Below are positions 51,440 to 61,765 of a stretch of DNA of 64,000 nucleotides, piece after piece (position 1 is the first letter of the stretch; each line of letters begins with the position of its first letter). Where the stretch lies: positions 70,809,563 through 70,873,562 of the forward strand of contig NC_068984.1 in assembly GCF_001194135.2 (NCBI RefSeq). The letters are read 5' to 3'. This DNA is from Octopus bimaculoides. Taxonomy: Eukaryota. Under the pieces are notes generated by a model. It was not told the DNA's origin and ran no database searches. It worked only from the letters and a program-made list of their open reading frames with translations. A program made the position numbers and the translations under genes.

Positions 51440-51945
51440 TGTTAGTTATATGAGCCTCACTACTTGATTAGAGCTTAATTTTTCTGAGCTGGGGAGAACA
51501 AAAAGTGAAGTTAACCTTGACAGGATTTAAACTGAAAATGTACAAGGCAATAACTAAATACTGTTAAAATGTTTTGTCTGATGCTCTTAGAATTCTATCT
51601 ATTCCTTAATTGCAACAACAAACAATACTGATTTTTTAGATTAGCAAAATACCAGAAATTTATAGGGAAACGAAGCATTTGGATTAGCACTAGTGCATGC
51701 CCAATATTTAGTACAATATGATGAGTATATTACTGTTAGTTTTTTTTATTCTACCCACCTCCAGTACATATAGAGGGAGTATATTACTGGTAGTTTTTTT
51801 ATTCTACCCACCTCCAGTGCATATAGAGGGAAGACAAAGCTAACATGATGAAAGTTGAATTGAAAATGTAAGAGAAATGAAATTAAATACTACAACATTT
51901 TTAGTCTGTCTGGCATTCAACCAATTCTGCTTACTTGCCACCTCA
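51440..51945 (-). mobile_element. Two degenerate SINE family A copies, one with a ~54-bp tandem duplication (51723-51830)
   Basis: rc family A motifs; duplicated GAGTATATTACTG...CCACCTCCAGT.CATATAGAGG. Confidence 0.65.
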
Positions 51946-52447
51946 TAAGCTTCCACAATAATGAGAAGAAATTTCTTTTTTAATCTATTTGAAAGCAAGC
52001 TTTCTCAATTCTTTTCTTTTCATTTCATTTGTGTTTGGCAAAAAAAATCACATGAAACTTTAGCTATGTTTGTTTGCTCTTTGGTTAAGAAGAGTGCATA
52101 AAAGTCACGTGATAGAGTGACTGTCTCCACAGAATAAACAATTGGAGCTTATGAAAGAAAATATAAAAAAGATATGAATGAAAAAGAAAACAATAATAAT
52201 AATACGAAAATTTCCAAAAGGTCTTCCAATAACACAGATCACTATCTATTTGATCTTTATTGTGTAAAGTTTATGAAAAAAGCAACTAGTAAAGATGTTC
52301 ATTTATATTTAACACAAAAAAAAAAAGTACATAGAGCATTGGTTTGTGTGTGCTTCTTTTGAAATGATAATCTAAAATATTTTCTCTATACAACTAAACT
52401 GAGTAATGTGAGGATTAGAAGTTGCCGAAGTGACACCAACCAGCTTC

Positions 52448-52584
52448 TCAATAGACTGGTAGCTTTGCCTGTCCCTTGATAATATTGGCATCAATAATAA
52501 TAGCACTATTGAGGGAACTCCAAATACTTTGTTCAAAAAGGTAAAAGATAAGTTCCTCCAGGGAGTGAAAATACTCTTCACTTC
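52448..52584 (-). CDS. Candidate terminal coding exon of an unidentified gene (GSEEYFHSLEELIFYLFEQSIWSSLNSAIIIDANIIKGQAKLPVY*)
   Basis: Pyrimidine-rich acceptor TTTTGCTTCTTTGATTGCAAAG; phase 1 matches exon 59457-59600; no good donor; AATAAA ~190 nt past the stop (52256-52261). Confidence 0.45.
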
Positions 52585-53759
52585 CTTTGCAATCAAAGAA
52601 GCAAAATGACAGAATGCAATGAACACTTTTTAGTCAGAAATTTGAATGTTTAATAGCATATTTACAGCTGACGTTCATTAAGGAAACAATTATTAGAAAG
52701 AGATCTACTACATTCTGCTGGCAGCTTCTTTCTCACTAAAGTTAATGTCTGTTTATTCATCCTTTGAACGATGTAAACTCTATGTTTCACACTTTATTAT
52801 TGTATTGCCAAGAAAACAATAATCTCATGTCCCTATTTAATTACTTCTTCAAAATAATTCTAGCTCTCTTTCTACTTACTTGGTCTACTGCTATCATCAA
52901 GTTGCCCCTGAGAAAGCCTCTAAGTGGCTGATCAGCCTGATAGAAATACCAGTAAAGTTTTCTTCAAATGACTCATCATCTTAAAATAAGAGAGAAGGCA
53001 GAGGATGATATGGGTTGACTATATTATTCCTTTAAAATAGTGGCATAGTCATGGTTTATAAATATTTAATGATAGATCAGTTTACTGATTTGCTAAGTAG
53101 CAATTCATCTAGATAACATCAAGGAACTGAAGGACAGAAACAAAAAAGATTATAGTTGAATAGGTAGCACCAGTAATGAATAGGTCAGTTCATCTGCTAC
53201 GCCTGCATAGGCTGGATAGTTCACCTGGGTCTGAGAGTTCATATTGGAGTTATGGGGGTTTATCTTTGAGAGAGAGAGTAGAGATAGTTGTACAGGAAGG
53301 AGCTAATAATCACAGAACTGAAAAATAGTGTTAGTGAGTTAATAAGAGAGAATTAGAAAGGAATAAGACAATAACAATGGCTTAGTATGTGGAGACATAT
53401 TTAAACACGTATGGGAAAAAGGGAAGGCTTATTTGAGGATAAGTGAGAAAGATTCACATCACAAGGGTAGTAAGGAAGGAAGAGAAGAAGGGATGAGCAA
53501 AAGATGCAATGTTACCCTACATTATACATAAATGAGTAGAATGGAATAAAAGAGAGATAATATGATGAGGTGGAGTTCAGGGCACATCTTCAAGGTAACC
53601 TGTCCAAGAGAGCATGGAGACAGGAGTATCAGGAAGGGCAGGTACAAGTTGTTGGAGTGGAATCTTTTCTGACTAAAAGCATATAAATATATGGGTGCAT
53701 GTGTGTGTGTGTGTGCATGTTCATCCATGTATAAGTTAGGATATATATATATTTATTAT

Positions 53760-53970
53760 GATTGACCATTATTATGATTGACCGTTGACTGAACACTATT
53801 CAATTTTTTTTCTCCGTGTTTTTCTCCTTGTCTCCGTATTCTTTCTGTTGAAGAGCGTAGCTCGAAACGTCAAAGACTTTCCGTATTCCCGAGCGTCATA
53901 CTAATATATACTTTTGTTATTTACACCACCTGTCCTCGTCTGTTGTCATTATTTGTATATTCTCCCATAT
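53760..53970 (+). mobile_element. Penelope-like end module P1 between (TA)n tracts
   Basis: Homologous to 28212-28406 and 27912-28010; CpGs retained. Confidence 0.75.
53840..53876 (+). ncRNA. Minimal type I hammerhead ribozyme motif with variant core CUGUUGA
   Basis: TCTTT-CTGTTGA-A-GAGC[GTA]GCTC-GAAA-C-GTC-AAAGA; perfect stems I and II; GUC cleavage triplet. Confidence 0.75.
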
Positions 53971-54012
53971 ATATATATATATATATACATACATACACAT
54001 GAATACATACAT

Positions 54013-54059
<47 letters not shown>

Positions 54060-54060
<1 letters not shown>

Positions 54061-54245
54061 CACCACTGCTTGACAACCAGTGTTGTGTCTATGTCCCAGT
54101 AACTTAATAATTCAGCAAAATAGACTAACAGAATAAGTGCCAAACTTTAAAAAAATATCTACAAGTGTTGATTCATTCCACTAAAATTTTTCGGGCTGGC
54201 AGCACAGTTTAGCTGCACTCTAATGACAAAAACAAGTAAAAGAAA
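54060..54245 (+). mobile_element. SINE family B 3' half
   Basis: GCTTGACAACCAGTGTTG...AATAAGT...AATGACAAAAACAAGTAAAAG. Confidence 0.7.
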
Positions 54246-54548
54246 AGATATGTTATGTATTACTGAGCAGTATAACTCAATATGCCACAGCATATTATTG
54301 GTTAGAATGTTATCATCAGTTTCAGGCCAACCTTTGACTCTGGGCAATAATTGACAACTCTTTAGACATACCAGCTGGAAGTAACACACAGACATGCACC
54401 CACACATAAACCCCTCCACCTCCCCACACACACATACTTCCTTACCCATTCCACTCAGATGATAATATCTCTCTTATTCTCCCCTCCCTCCTGTCTCTCT
54501 CTGTATATACATATATATATATATTATAGCAGAGACTCCAGCAAAGAA

Positions 54549-54584
54549 GATCTGAAGAAGGAATTGTAATTCCGAAATATCATC
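54549..54584 (+). ncRNA. Minimal type I hammerhead ribozyme motif in a different ~200-bp module (54525-54716) between (TA)n tracts
   Basis: GAT-CTGAAGA-A-GGAAT[TGTA]ATTCC-GAAA-T-ATC-ATC; canonical CUGANGA core, 5-bp stem II, AUC triplet. Confidence 0.7.
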
Positions 54585-54741
54585 GGACTATAGATAACCA
54601 AATTACAACAGGTAGATAGTCCATTTTTTGTATTATAGTGCATTGTTGTACCATTCAAAACTTTTTAACCTTTACAAAAAATACACAATGCTTCAAGCGA
54701 ACTACAATACTCTCCTATATATACATATATATATTAAAATA

Positions 54742-55350
54742 AGTGAAGACACGTGGCTTAGTGGCTTGGGTATTCAGCTCATGATTATAAGGTCATGAGT
54801 TCAATTCCTGGTGGTGTGTCGTGTCCTTGAGCAAGACACTTTATTTCATATACTTCAAGCTGCTTCTAATTCCTATTTGAATTTTTTCCATAGCTTGTGA
54901 CATTGGGACATGCCGCAGATGGTTTTCAAGCATCAATGTCTGATGCACCAAGAAGAGACCTGATGTGAGTTGTCTCACTTGCTTATGACTTACTTTCAAG
55001 CGTTTTAACACTAGGTGCATTGAGTATATATATTTTCTTATGCCTAAAAACATACCTGATCCATGAACTAGCAACACACATACATTGTGCATGTGTGTGT
55101 TCAATTTTGTTTATATACCTCGAGCTGCTTCTAATTCATATTTGGACTTTATTTCATGCAGCTCCAGTCCACCTAGCTGGAAAATTGAGTTGTACATGTA
55201 ATTGAAAGAGCCAGTCTTGTCACATTCTGTGTCATGCTGAATTTCTCTGAGAACTACATTAAGAGTATACATGTCTGTGGATTACTCAACCACTTGTACG
55301 TTAATTTTATGAGGAGGATGATCTGTTGATAGGATCGACTGGAACCTTTA
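54742..55350 (+). mobile_element. tRNA-headed SINE family C interrupted by a ~296-bp insertion
   Basis: A box TGGCTTAGTGG, B box GAGTTCAATTCC; body resumes at 55158 (GCAGCTCCAGTCCAC). Confidence 0.85.
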
Positions 55351-55429
55351 TCATTCTAACTGAAAAAGTAGCAGGTATATTGGAATGAATGATCTTGATA
55401 GAGCATTAAGAATAGTGAAAAGAAAAATT

Positions 55430-55870
55430 TTGGGGGCACAACCATAACTGTGTGGCATGAACTTTGCTTTCTAACCACATTGTTCTGGATTCAGTCCCAC
55501 ATAATGGTACTTTGGGCAAGTTCTTTTGTACTGTATCCTTGGACTGACTAAGACATTGTGAGAGTGAATATGGTAGATCAAAACTGAAAGAAGCCCAGTG
55601 TGTGTGTTTGTTTGTTTGTGTGTGTGCATGCATATGACACGCACATATGCATGTGTGTGTTTGTGTCTGTGTCTGTCCCCTACTAGCTTCTGACTACAGT
55701 TGTTGATGTGTTTATGTGCTTGTAATTTGGCAGTTCAGCGAAAGAGACGGACAAAATAAGTACCAATCTGAAAAATAAGTTGTGGGGTCGATCTGTTCAA
55801 CTATAGTTCATCAAGGTTGTACCTTATCATGACCAGTGTCTAATGACGGAAATAAATAAAAGAAAAAGAT
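55430..55870 (+). mobile_element. SINE family B, full length, degenerate
   Basis: Co-linear with 49120-49500. Confidence 0.85.
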
Positions 55871-56263
55871 AAATGAAGTAATGGAGGTATTGTTTCTCTA
55901 TATACAAATATGAAAATATCTTTCAGTTTCCTTAAAGAAATGAGAGAAAATACTGTTATTATCCTGTTTTTGTACTGTGTAGTTACTAAGAAGTAATTTT
56001 TTGACACTGCTGAAGAAAGGGAGATGACATTCTTATATTATTGACCAAGATGTCAATGACCATAGACAAGTGACTGAGATCATGTGGAAAGTCAAAAATT
56101 ATTCTGTGCTCAAATTTTAAGTAAGAAGGATTTTGCATGATAGAGTTTTAGATCCAATGAAATGATTTTGGGTATGAGTGTATGTGCCTATGTGTATGCA
56201 TGGGCACTGTCAGTGCATGCATGTGCAAATGTGTGACATTGACCAGTGATATAAGTGTATGTG

Positions 56264-56264
<1 letters not shown>

Positions 56265-56319
<55 letters not shown>

Positions 56320-56403
56320 TATATACACACATATATATATATGAATATTTATATATATACATATATATATGTATATAAATGCACATATATATGCATATAT
56401 ATG

Positions 56404-56457
<54 letters not shown>

Positions 56458-56460
56458 TGT
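56265..56460. repeat. Compound (TA)n microsatellite
   Basis: Direct reading; it explains the YI-repeat ORFs. Confidence 1.
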
Positions 56461-56559
56461 ATATGTGTACCTCTGTATGTTTATGTATATTTGTATATAT
56501 ACAAAATCAGAGATGTATATAACTATATATACACACTCCCTAAATGAATGCTGGCAAGC

Positions 56560-57400
56560 ACACTGGAACAGCTTTTGATGTAAAAACATTGCAAGCACCT
56601 ATCAGATTTGATGAAACAAAGAAAAAACAATCCTATGACAAAATTTCTTCATGAAAATGAAAGGCTAGTGAACATCAACAGGAAATGGAAATAGGTGTAA
56701 ATTTAGCATTATGCCATCTAGATACTGAAATTTCTCTTCCACAGGCAAGTAAAGTATGATATGAGGAAACATTTAAAATAATCAATCCTTTCATGCTGGC
56801 CAAAATCTCTGATCAAAATAATTGTCAAATTCAGGAACAGCTCCAACAACTATGGAAACAAGATATGAAACAGGATAAAGATAAATCTACAAAACTGTTG
56901 TAAAAACAAAATTGTTGGTTTGACGATTACAAAAGCAACTTTGGATAAGACTTCATAATGAAAATGAAACCACAACAGAAAAACGTGGAAAATTAAGGTA
57001 AATCAAAGAAAAACATGTAAACATGCTACAAAAGAACTGTACAAGGAAATTAATCTACAAAAAAAAAAGATAATAAATAACATAAAACACATGCAGAAAC
57101 AGCCTTCAGAACAACTCAAAGAGGAAATACGTATACTTTGAACTCAAGACATAACACTGCAATAAATGAATGCATGAGATATGGAAATCAATCTACAACG
57201 AGAGTTATTGCAATTCATGGCTGGATTAATGTGCTCAGAAAATATCGAACACAGGACAAAGAGAAAACAGAAAACTCAGAAGCTTGAAAAGAGAACACAG
57301 AAATCCTGGTTACAGAAGAAGACATAATACTGCTAACATTTTTGGGGCAAATATACTTCAGCCTGACATTAGACCTGATGAATCAAAGAAATATTCGCCC
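56560..57400 (+). mobile_element. Possible decayed retroelement coding remnant
   Basis: A-rich coding-like strand bias with many stops; no diagnostic motif recognised. Confidence 0.25.
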
Positions 57401-57598
57401 AAAATTTATGAATTTATAAAAAATTAGGAATTTATCGAAAAAAAAAAAATCTAAAATGCTGTTTATTTTATAGTAAATGTCAATTGTGATCCTGGTATTA
57501 TATAATTTTAGTATAATTTTACATGAATGCCAAAGAGTGAAAGCTCTTTACTACTATCCATGAAAGGAGTATGTGCATATATCATCTTTACCTTTATG

Positions 57599-57601
<3 letters not shown>

Positions 57602-57672
<71 letters not shown>
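57602..57672. repeat. (CA)n microsatellite
   Basis: Direct reading. Confidence 1.
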
Positions 57673-57678
<6 letters not shown>

Positions 57679-57705
57679 CTATTTGACTATTTGTCTATGT
57701 GTGCA

Positions 57706-58618
57706 NNNNNNNNNNNNNNNNNNNNNNNNNNNNNNNNNNNNNNNNNNNNNNNNNNNNNNNNNNNNNNNNNNNNNNNNNNNNNNNNNNNNNNNNNNNNNNN
57801 NNNNNNNNNNNNNNNNNNNNNNNNNNNNNNNNNNNNNNNNNNNNNNNNNNNNNNNNNNNNNNNNNNNNNNNNNNNNNNNNNNNNNNNNNNNNNNNNNNNN
57901 NNNNNNNNNNNNNNNNNNNNNNNNNNNNNNNNNNNNNNNNNNNNNNNNNNNNNNNNNNNNNNNNNNNNNNNNNNNNNNNNNNNNNNNNNNNNNNNNNNNN
58001 NNNNNNNNNNNNNNNNNNNNNNNNNNNNNNNNNNNNNNNNNNNNNNNNNNNNNNNNNNNNNNNNNNNNNNNNNNNNNNNNNNNNNNNNNNNNNNNNNNNN
58101 NNNNNNNNNNNNNNNNNNNNNNNNNNNNNNNNNNNNNNNNNNNNNNNNNNNNNNNNNNNNNNNNNNNNNNNNNNNNNNNNNNNNNNNNNNNNNNNNNNNN
58201 NNNNNNNNNNNNNNNNNNNNNNNNNNNNNNNNNNNNNNNNNNNNNNNNNNNNNNNNNNNNNNNNNNNNNNNNNNNNNNNNNNNNNNNNNNNNNNNNNNNN
58301 NNNNNNNNNNNNNNNNNNNNNNNNNNNNNNNNNNNNNNNNNNNNNNNNNNNNNNNNNNNNNNNNNNNNNNNNNNNNNNNNNNNNNNNNNNNNNNNNNNNN
58401 NNNNNNNNNNNNNNNNNNNNNNNNNNNNNNNNNNNNNNNNNNNNNNNNNNNNNNNNNNNNNNNNNNNNNNNNNNNNNNNNNNNNNNNNNNNNNNNNNNNN
58501 NNNNNNNNNNNNNNNNNNNNNNNNNNNNNNNNNNNNNNNNNNNNNNNNNNNNNNNNNNNNNNNNNNNNNNNNNNNNNNNNNNNNNNNNNNNNNNNNNNNN
58601 NNNNNNNNNNNNNNNNNN
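57706..58618. other. Assembly gap (913 N)
   Basis: N run. Confidence 1.
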
Positions 58619-59422
58619 ATGTGCATACCTACGTCTACCTGTATATATAGGTGCATATCTGGGTACAGGACATTGCAAAACAACGTAGACAAGAAAATAA
58701 TAATAACCAGAGTACAGAAAACACACAGGCCACATAGAGAACATTTTCCTTCATCAGCTACCCCCATTTTAACACAGGCGTTTTGAAGATTGGGCAGGAC
58801 GCATCGTTAAATGGCTCTTCCCATGGACCGCAAATTAAATTTGTATACACAAATTAAACTTGTGCCATGAAGGAATGTAGTGGCGGACAAAAAACAAGAC
58901 AGGAAAACAAACGGAAAAGAAAACAAGACAGGATAACAAACGGAAAAGGCTATGCGGCAAGACGTGAAAAATTATGTGTATATGAACGCTGTGAGGCACG
59001 AACTGAAAGCGGGACGAATTAAGTTCGGGTGTTTGCTCGGCGATAACCAAGGAAGAAAAGGATTAGTGACTGGAAACATGGGACCAGGGAGGGGTAAGGA
59101 AGAGAGAGAGAGTGGTAGAGGGAGAAACAAGGGGATGAAGTAGAAGAATAGGTGAGCAACGAGAGAAAGAGAGGAAAAGAGAAATATCGTAGTAACAGAA
59201 GGAAGAACGAGAGGGGAAAGAGAGAGATATAGTAGTAACAGAAGGAAGAACGAGAGGGAGAAAAAGTGATAGAGATAGAGATAGAAAGCCTCGCGTCAGA
59301 AAATATAAAGTTTAAAAAAACTACTTACAGGGATGATGCAGGCGTTCGATCATGTAAAACAAATAATAAATGAGTATATGCATATATATATATACAGCTA
59401 TGTGCATACCTACGTCTACCTG
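58619..59422 (-). mobile_element. Penelope-like end fragment P3, ~780-bp tandem unit
   Basis: ATGTGCATACCTACGTCTACCTGT repeated at 58619 and 59400; shares sequence with 34600-34790; CpG-rich. Confidence 0.6.
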
Positions 59423-59456
59423 TTTCAGTTCTGTATACTTTGCATGCAATGCTTAC

Positions 59457-59600
59457 CTCCAGGGTCAGTTAAAATTGGTGAGTGGCTTGAGAAGTTTTTC
59501 TGCAAGCATGCTAATATTTCAGCTACTATCGTTGGGTAATAGCCCAATAGTTCAAAGGATGAAGGACGCAACCGATGGACAAAAATATAGTAGAAGCATG
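59457..59600 (-). CDS. Candidate internal coding exon of an unidentified gene (ACFYYIFVHRLRPSSFELLGYYPTIVAEILACLQKNFSSHSPILTDPG)
   Basis: 144 nt, symmetric phase 1; acceptor CTTTCTGTCTATCTGTCCACCAG, donor GAG|GTAAGC; only one frame open; CpGs retained. Confidence 0.6.
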
Positions 59601-60714
59601 CTGGTGGACAGATAGACAGAAAGACACAAGCACACATACACACATGCACACCACCAACACCACAACACCATACACACACACGTTTGTCATTTTCATTATC
59701 ATCATAGAGGGTTAGGATTCTGTGATTATGAAAATAAAAGCCTACCAGTTTAACAAAATGATTATTTAATACCCAGTACCTAAAAATATGATATGATTTA
59801 TCAAATTAGCAATTATATATATATTGTGCTGTCGGCCAGCTGGTACAGATCCGATACAAATAAATATTATTTTAGATTCCTATAACAGCATCTAAGTAAT
59901 TTCATAACTTGGACTGCTGAAAACAAGATGATGCAGGTCTATAAATTTTCAGAATATTTACAAAATATATAAAACATAAGGCAATTTGTTTTTCTCTTAT
60001 CATATGACAGATGGGTTTATATTGAAACAAACCAGACATTAATAAAGTATAAGCTCTGAAAACAATAAAAACATACTAAAGTACTAAATAATGTTTTAGC
60101 ATGAATTTCCAATGAAATCTAATTATAAAAGAAACAACGTTTTTGCCTTTTGATATAATTATTGTGATTTTATGAATTTCCAAGCAATAATAACTTTTTT
60201 ATTATATTTTTAAAGTAATAATAATATTTTCATTGCATACTAAACAAGTTGATTGCTTAAATAGTTGAATTTCAATGAATTCATGTAAATTATAAAGTAA
60301 ATGAGATTGTGAAACATTCATGCTTTTCTTTAAAGATACTAGTGATTTTAATGTAGAGAAATAGTTTCAGTTAGAGCAAAAAAATGGGTCTCAAGCATAG
60401 CACTTTAGATTTTTCTCTCTATATAATATGGCACTTTCCACAGTGAGTGCTAACATACTGAATGCAGTGAAGCAAAGAAATTTCAATTAATTAATGTTGC
60501 ATTTAGTGGGGACTAAAAAAGAAATCATATCAAAATCATTATGAAATTTTAATTAATCAAAACAACACTTAGTTTAGAGTAAAATACATCACTGTTTTAA
60601 TAACTCATTCATATCAACAAAGGCAGTGCGGGCATTTCTGGGGTTTAAATTTCATAGAAATAGGAGAGAATGAGTGATCTTTTGTAGTTTGGTGACATCT
60701 TTAGATGTACATTT

Positions 60715-61765
60715 GTCTACACTACCATTTTGTTGTCTGTTTTGTCTATTCACTGTCTATCTTGTCAATTCACAGCTGTCTACATTGAAAATTCACTGTC
60801 TACTGTCCCAAATCACTGTCTACCATAACAAATGAATGTCTGCTCTGCCAGTTCTCTGTGTACTTTGTCTAATTTTTTTCTACCTTGCCAATTCGCTGTC
60901 TTTCCTGCAAACCACTGTTTACTCTGCCAATTTGCTGGCTATTCTGCTAATGCACTAGCTACCCTAACATGTCACTATTTATTTTGCTTCTATAGTGTCT
61001 ACACTTTCATTAATTTGTCTACCATACTAATTCCTTGCCTACCCTGCTAATTCACTGTCTACCCTGCCAATTCACCATCTACCCTGTCAGTTCGCTCTCT
61101 GTCTTGCCAACTCACTCTGTACCCATCCACATTACTGTCTGCCCTGCTAATAAGCAGTTTCCTCACCCAGTTACTGTCTTCCCAGTAATTTCACCATTTA
61201 ATATGTCAAACCACTGTCCTTTCTGACAGTTCAGTGTAGACATTGCCAAGTTATTGCCTGCTATGCCAATTCATTGCCTATTCATTCAATTCATTCTCTA
61301 TCTTACTAATTGACAGTCTTCTCTACCAAGTCACTGTTTACCCTTTAGTTTGATGTCTACTTAGTCCATTCGCTGTCTATCCAGCTAATTTACTGTCTTA
61401 ACTTCGCATTTGTCATCTATGTTTTCATTTTGCTGTCAACACTGCAAAGTCAACCTTTGAAATTTGCTGTCAACCTTTGAAATTTGCTGTCTACCTTACC
61501 TATTCACTGTCTACCCTGCCAATTTGTTGTCCGCCCAAACAATTGACAGTATACTTCACCAATTTGCAGTCTATGCTTCTGTTTCACTGTCTATCTTGCT
61601 AAATCACTCTCTACCCTGCCTATTTACTGTCTACTCTGCCAATTTCCTATCTATTCTTCCAAGTTGCTGTTAACCCTGCCAATTAATTATCTATCATGAA
61701 AATTTCTTCTCAACTCAGCTAATTCACTGTCTACTTTTATGAATCAACTGTCTGCTTTGCCAGTA
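60715..61765. repeat. Degenerate 20-bp minisatellite, consensus AATTCACTGTCTACCCTGCC, about 50 units
   Basis: Periodic recurrence read directly, e.g. AATTCACTGTCTACCCTGCC-AATTCACCATCTACCCTGTC from 61049. Confidence 0.9.

Noticed and set aside
57371-57400. Hammerhead-like CTGATGA...GAAATATTC
   Set aside because: No stem II and no convincing stem I.
58720-58760. CTGATGA on the minus strand of P3 (also near 34730)
   Set aside because: No downstream GAAA, so it is not called a ribozyme.
57527-58786. Longest ORFs (329-419 aa)
   Set aside because: Almost entirely N gap; the same applies at 8343-8726 and 45296-45762.
59463-59477. 15-nt plus-strand micro-exon with GTGAGT donor
   Set aside because: It sits inside the better supported minus-strand exon.
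60459-60512. Minus-strand segment with excellent splice sites
   Set aside because: Stops in all three frames; it shows that splice-like matches arise by chance here.
60715-61765. CRISPR-like array
   Set aside because: Units are contiguous and degenerate with no unique spacers, there are no cas genes, and the context is eukaryotic.
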